Below, piece by piece: positions 61,990-64,000 of a stretch of DNA of 64,000 nucleotides. Positions within the stretch are counted from its first letter, which is position 1, and each line of letters starts with the position of its first letter. The DNA lies in the NCBI GenBank assembly GCA_030704615.1, contig CM060733.1, forward strand, positions 71,548,001-71,612,000, in the 5' to 3' direction. The position numbers and the translations under genes are program-made. The notes below the pieces were generated by a model that was not told the DNA's origin, searched no databases, and saw only the letters and a program-made list of their open reading frames with translations. The DNA is from Takakia lepidozioides. Its lineage: Eukaryota > Plantae > Bryophyta.

Positions 61990-63870
61990 ATGGGAATGCG
62001 GTCCCGCATCTCAGTTCGACATCATCCTCTCGTTGATTGTGATCGGAAATGCGGCACCGCATTTCCGTCAACAGGGAAACCAAAATACTGGTGCAACGGA
62101 AATGCGGTACCAAATCTCGGTCCACTATAAAAGAAGGCCCATGGTGGAACGGAAATGCGGTATCGCATTTAGGTCCAACGGGACTAGGAACACACGGTAG
62201 AAAATAATAGCGACAGCGCATTGTCATTGACTATGACACTTTGGATAGGCAGGAACGGAAATGCGGTGCCGAATTTCCGTCCCGTCTATTTCAATGGAAT
62301 CCAGTGGACGGAAATGAGGTTCCACATTTCCGTCCGGTGTGCTACTTTCGATTGCTATTGGACGGAAATACGGCGCCACATTTCTGTTTTGCATCTTAGT
62401 CATGCACCAGTACGACGGAAATGCGGCACCGCATTTCCGTCCGGGGGGAACCTTTATACTCTCCAGAACGGAAATGCGGTGCCGCATTTCCGTCCAACAA
62501 GTACGGTATCTCACAGTGGAACGGAAATGCGGTACCGCTTTTCCGTTCTGATTGAAAATCATGAACCACTAGAACTGAAATGCGGCACAGCATTTCCGTC
62601 CGAGTCGTACCTTCCGACATTCCACAACGGAAATGAGGCGCCGCATTTCCGTTTTGTATCTCAGGCATGGAGCTGTGGGACGGAAATGCGGCACGACATT
62701 TCCGTTCAACAACTAAGGTATGTGAAGGTGGAACGGAAATGCGGTACCGCATTTCCATTGTGATTGAAAATCATGAACCACTGGAACTGAAATGCAGCAC
62801 AACATTTCCGTCCGAGTCGCACCTTCCGACATTCCACAACGGCAATTCGGCGCCGCATTTCCGTTTTGTATCTCAGGCATGGAGCTGTGGGAGGGAAATG
62901 CGGCACCGCATTTCGGTCCGGGTGAGACCTTCATACTCTCCAGAACGTAAATGCGGCACGGCATTTCCGTTCAACAACTAAGGTATGTAAGGTGCGGTAC
63001 CCGCATTTCCGTTCTGATTGAAAATCATGAACCACTGGAATTGAAATGCGGCACCGCATTTCCATCCGAGTCGCACCTTCCGACATTCCAGAACGGAAAT
63101 GCGGCGCCGCATTTCCGTTTTCTATTTGTGGCATGGAGCTGTGGGTGGGAAATGCGGCACCGCATTTCTGTCCAGGGGAGACCTTCATACTCTCCAGAAC
63201 GGAAATGCAGTACCGCATTTCCGTTCTGACTGAAAATCGTGAACCACCGGAACTGAAATGCGGCACCGCGTTTCCGTCCGAGTCGCACCTTCCGACATTC
63301 CAGAACGGAGATGCGGCGCCGCATTTCCGTTTTGTATCTCAGGCATGGAGGTGTGGGACGGAAATGCAACACCGCATTTCCGTTCGGACTGAAAATCGTG
63401 AACCACCAGAACTGAAATGCGGCATTGCATTTCCATCCGGGGGAGACCTTCATACTCTCCAGAATGGCGGTACCGCATTTCCGTTCTGACTGAAAAACGT
63501 GAACCACCGGAACTGAAATCTGGCACCGCATTTCCTTCTCACATTCCAGAACGGAAATGCGGCGCCGCATTTCCGTTTTGTATCTCAGGCATGGAACTGT
63601 GGGATGGAAATGCGGTGCCGCATTTCCATCCGTGTGAGACCTTCGTACATCTCCAGACCGGAAATGCGGCACCGCATTTCCGTTCAACAACTAAGGTATG
63701 TGAAGGTGGAACGGAAATGCGGTGCCGCATTTTCGTCCAACAAGTACGATATGTGGTACTTAACGGAAATGCGGTGCCACATTTGCGTTTTCACTCTAAC
63801 TCATCAGACGCTGGGACGGAAATGCCATGATATGTGAACACGTGGACCAACGGAATTGCGGCACATGTCT
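61990..63870. repeat. Array of ~35 palindromic 26-bp repeats (ACGGAAATGCGG-NN-CCGCATTTCCGT) with 27-bp spacers and 53-bp period; CRISPR-like layout, higher-order spacer repetition
   Basis: Repeat starts at 62043, 62096, 62149, 62255, 62308, 62362, 62415, 62468, 62521, 62574, 62627, 62680, 62733, 62786, 62839, 62892, 62945 ... 63711, 63763. Confidence 0.95.
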
Positions 63871-64000
63871 GCACTCTATCTGACTGAAGTGGCAGGAGGC
63901 GGCGCGGCCTGACAGTTGGTTAATGATGTTTGTTTTTGGGACGGCAGGTGTACCCTTGATGATTCGAATTTCGTAATGACGCATAGTCCACGAGGAGACA

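Noticed and set aside
61990-63870. Bona fide prokaryotic CRISPR array
   Set aside because: Spacers recur in a 5-unit cycle, repeats are degenerate, no cas-like ORF is recognisable and the context is eukaryotic.
61910-63984. Many ORFs over the array (NGNAAPHFR, RKCGTAFP, TEMRHRIS)
   Set aside because: Artefacts of a stop-poor palindrome read in all six frames; the 53-bp period does not preserve frame.

Overview
Eukaryotic, TE-rich plant nuclear DNA; a non-seed land plant is plausible but not provable from sequence alone. Two host genes look intact: a spliced subfamily-IX (FBH/AKS-like) bHLH on + (~11.3-14.3 kb) and a 4-exon hydroxy(phenyl)pyruvate/glyoxylate reductase on - (35.0-39.3 kb). There is also a CID7-like (DUF1771+Smr) pseudogene and a PPR fragment. 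Three full-length copies of one Galadriel-like Ty3/gypsy chromovirus are present, each with its TSD: 2347-9309, and 43526-57520 with a sister copy 48700-55660 nested in reverse. A Ty1/copia element (17030-21765) sits inside an L1-like LINE, alongside older gag/integrase remnants, a probable tRNA-derived SINE and several palindrome-rich repeat tracts. The most unusual part is the last 6 kb. A degenerate MULE-like transposase gene (duplicated Cys-rich domain, CxxH, TNxxES-like motif, SWIM finger) adjoins a ~35-unit array of a 26-bp palindrome (ACGGAAATGCGG-NN-CCGCATTTCCGT) with fixed 27-bp spacers and a 53-bp period. The array looks CRISPR-like, but most spacers recur as a 5-unit higher-order repeat and no cas genes are seen.
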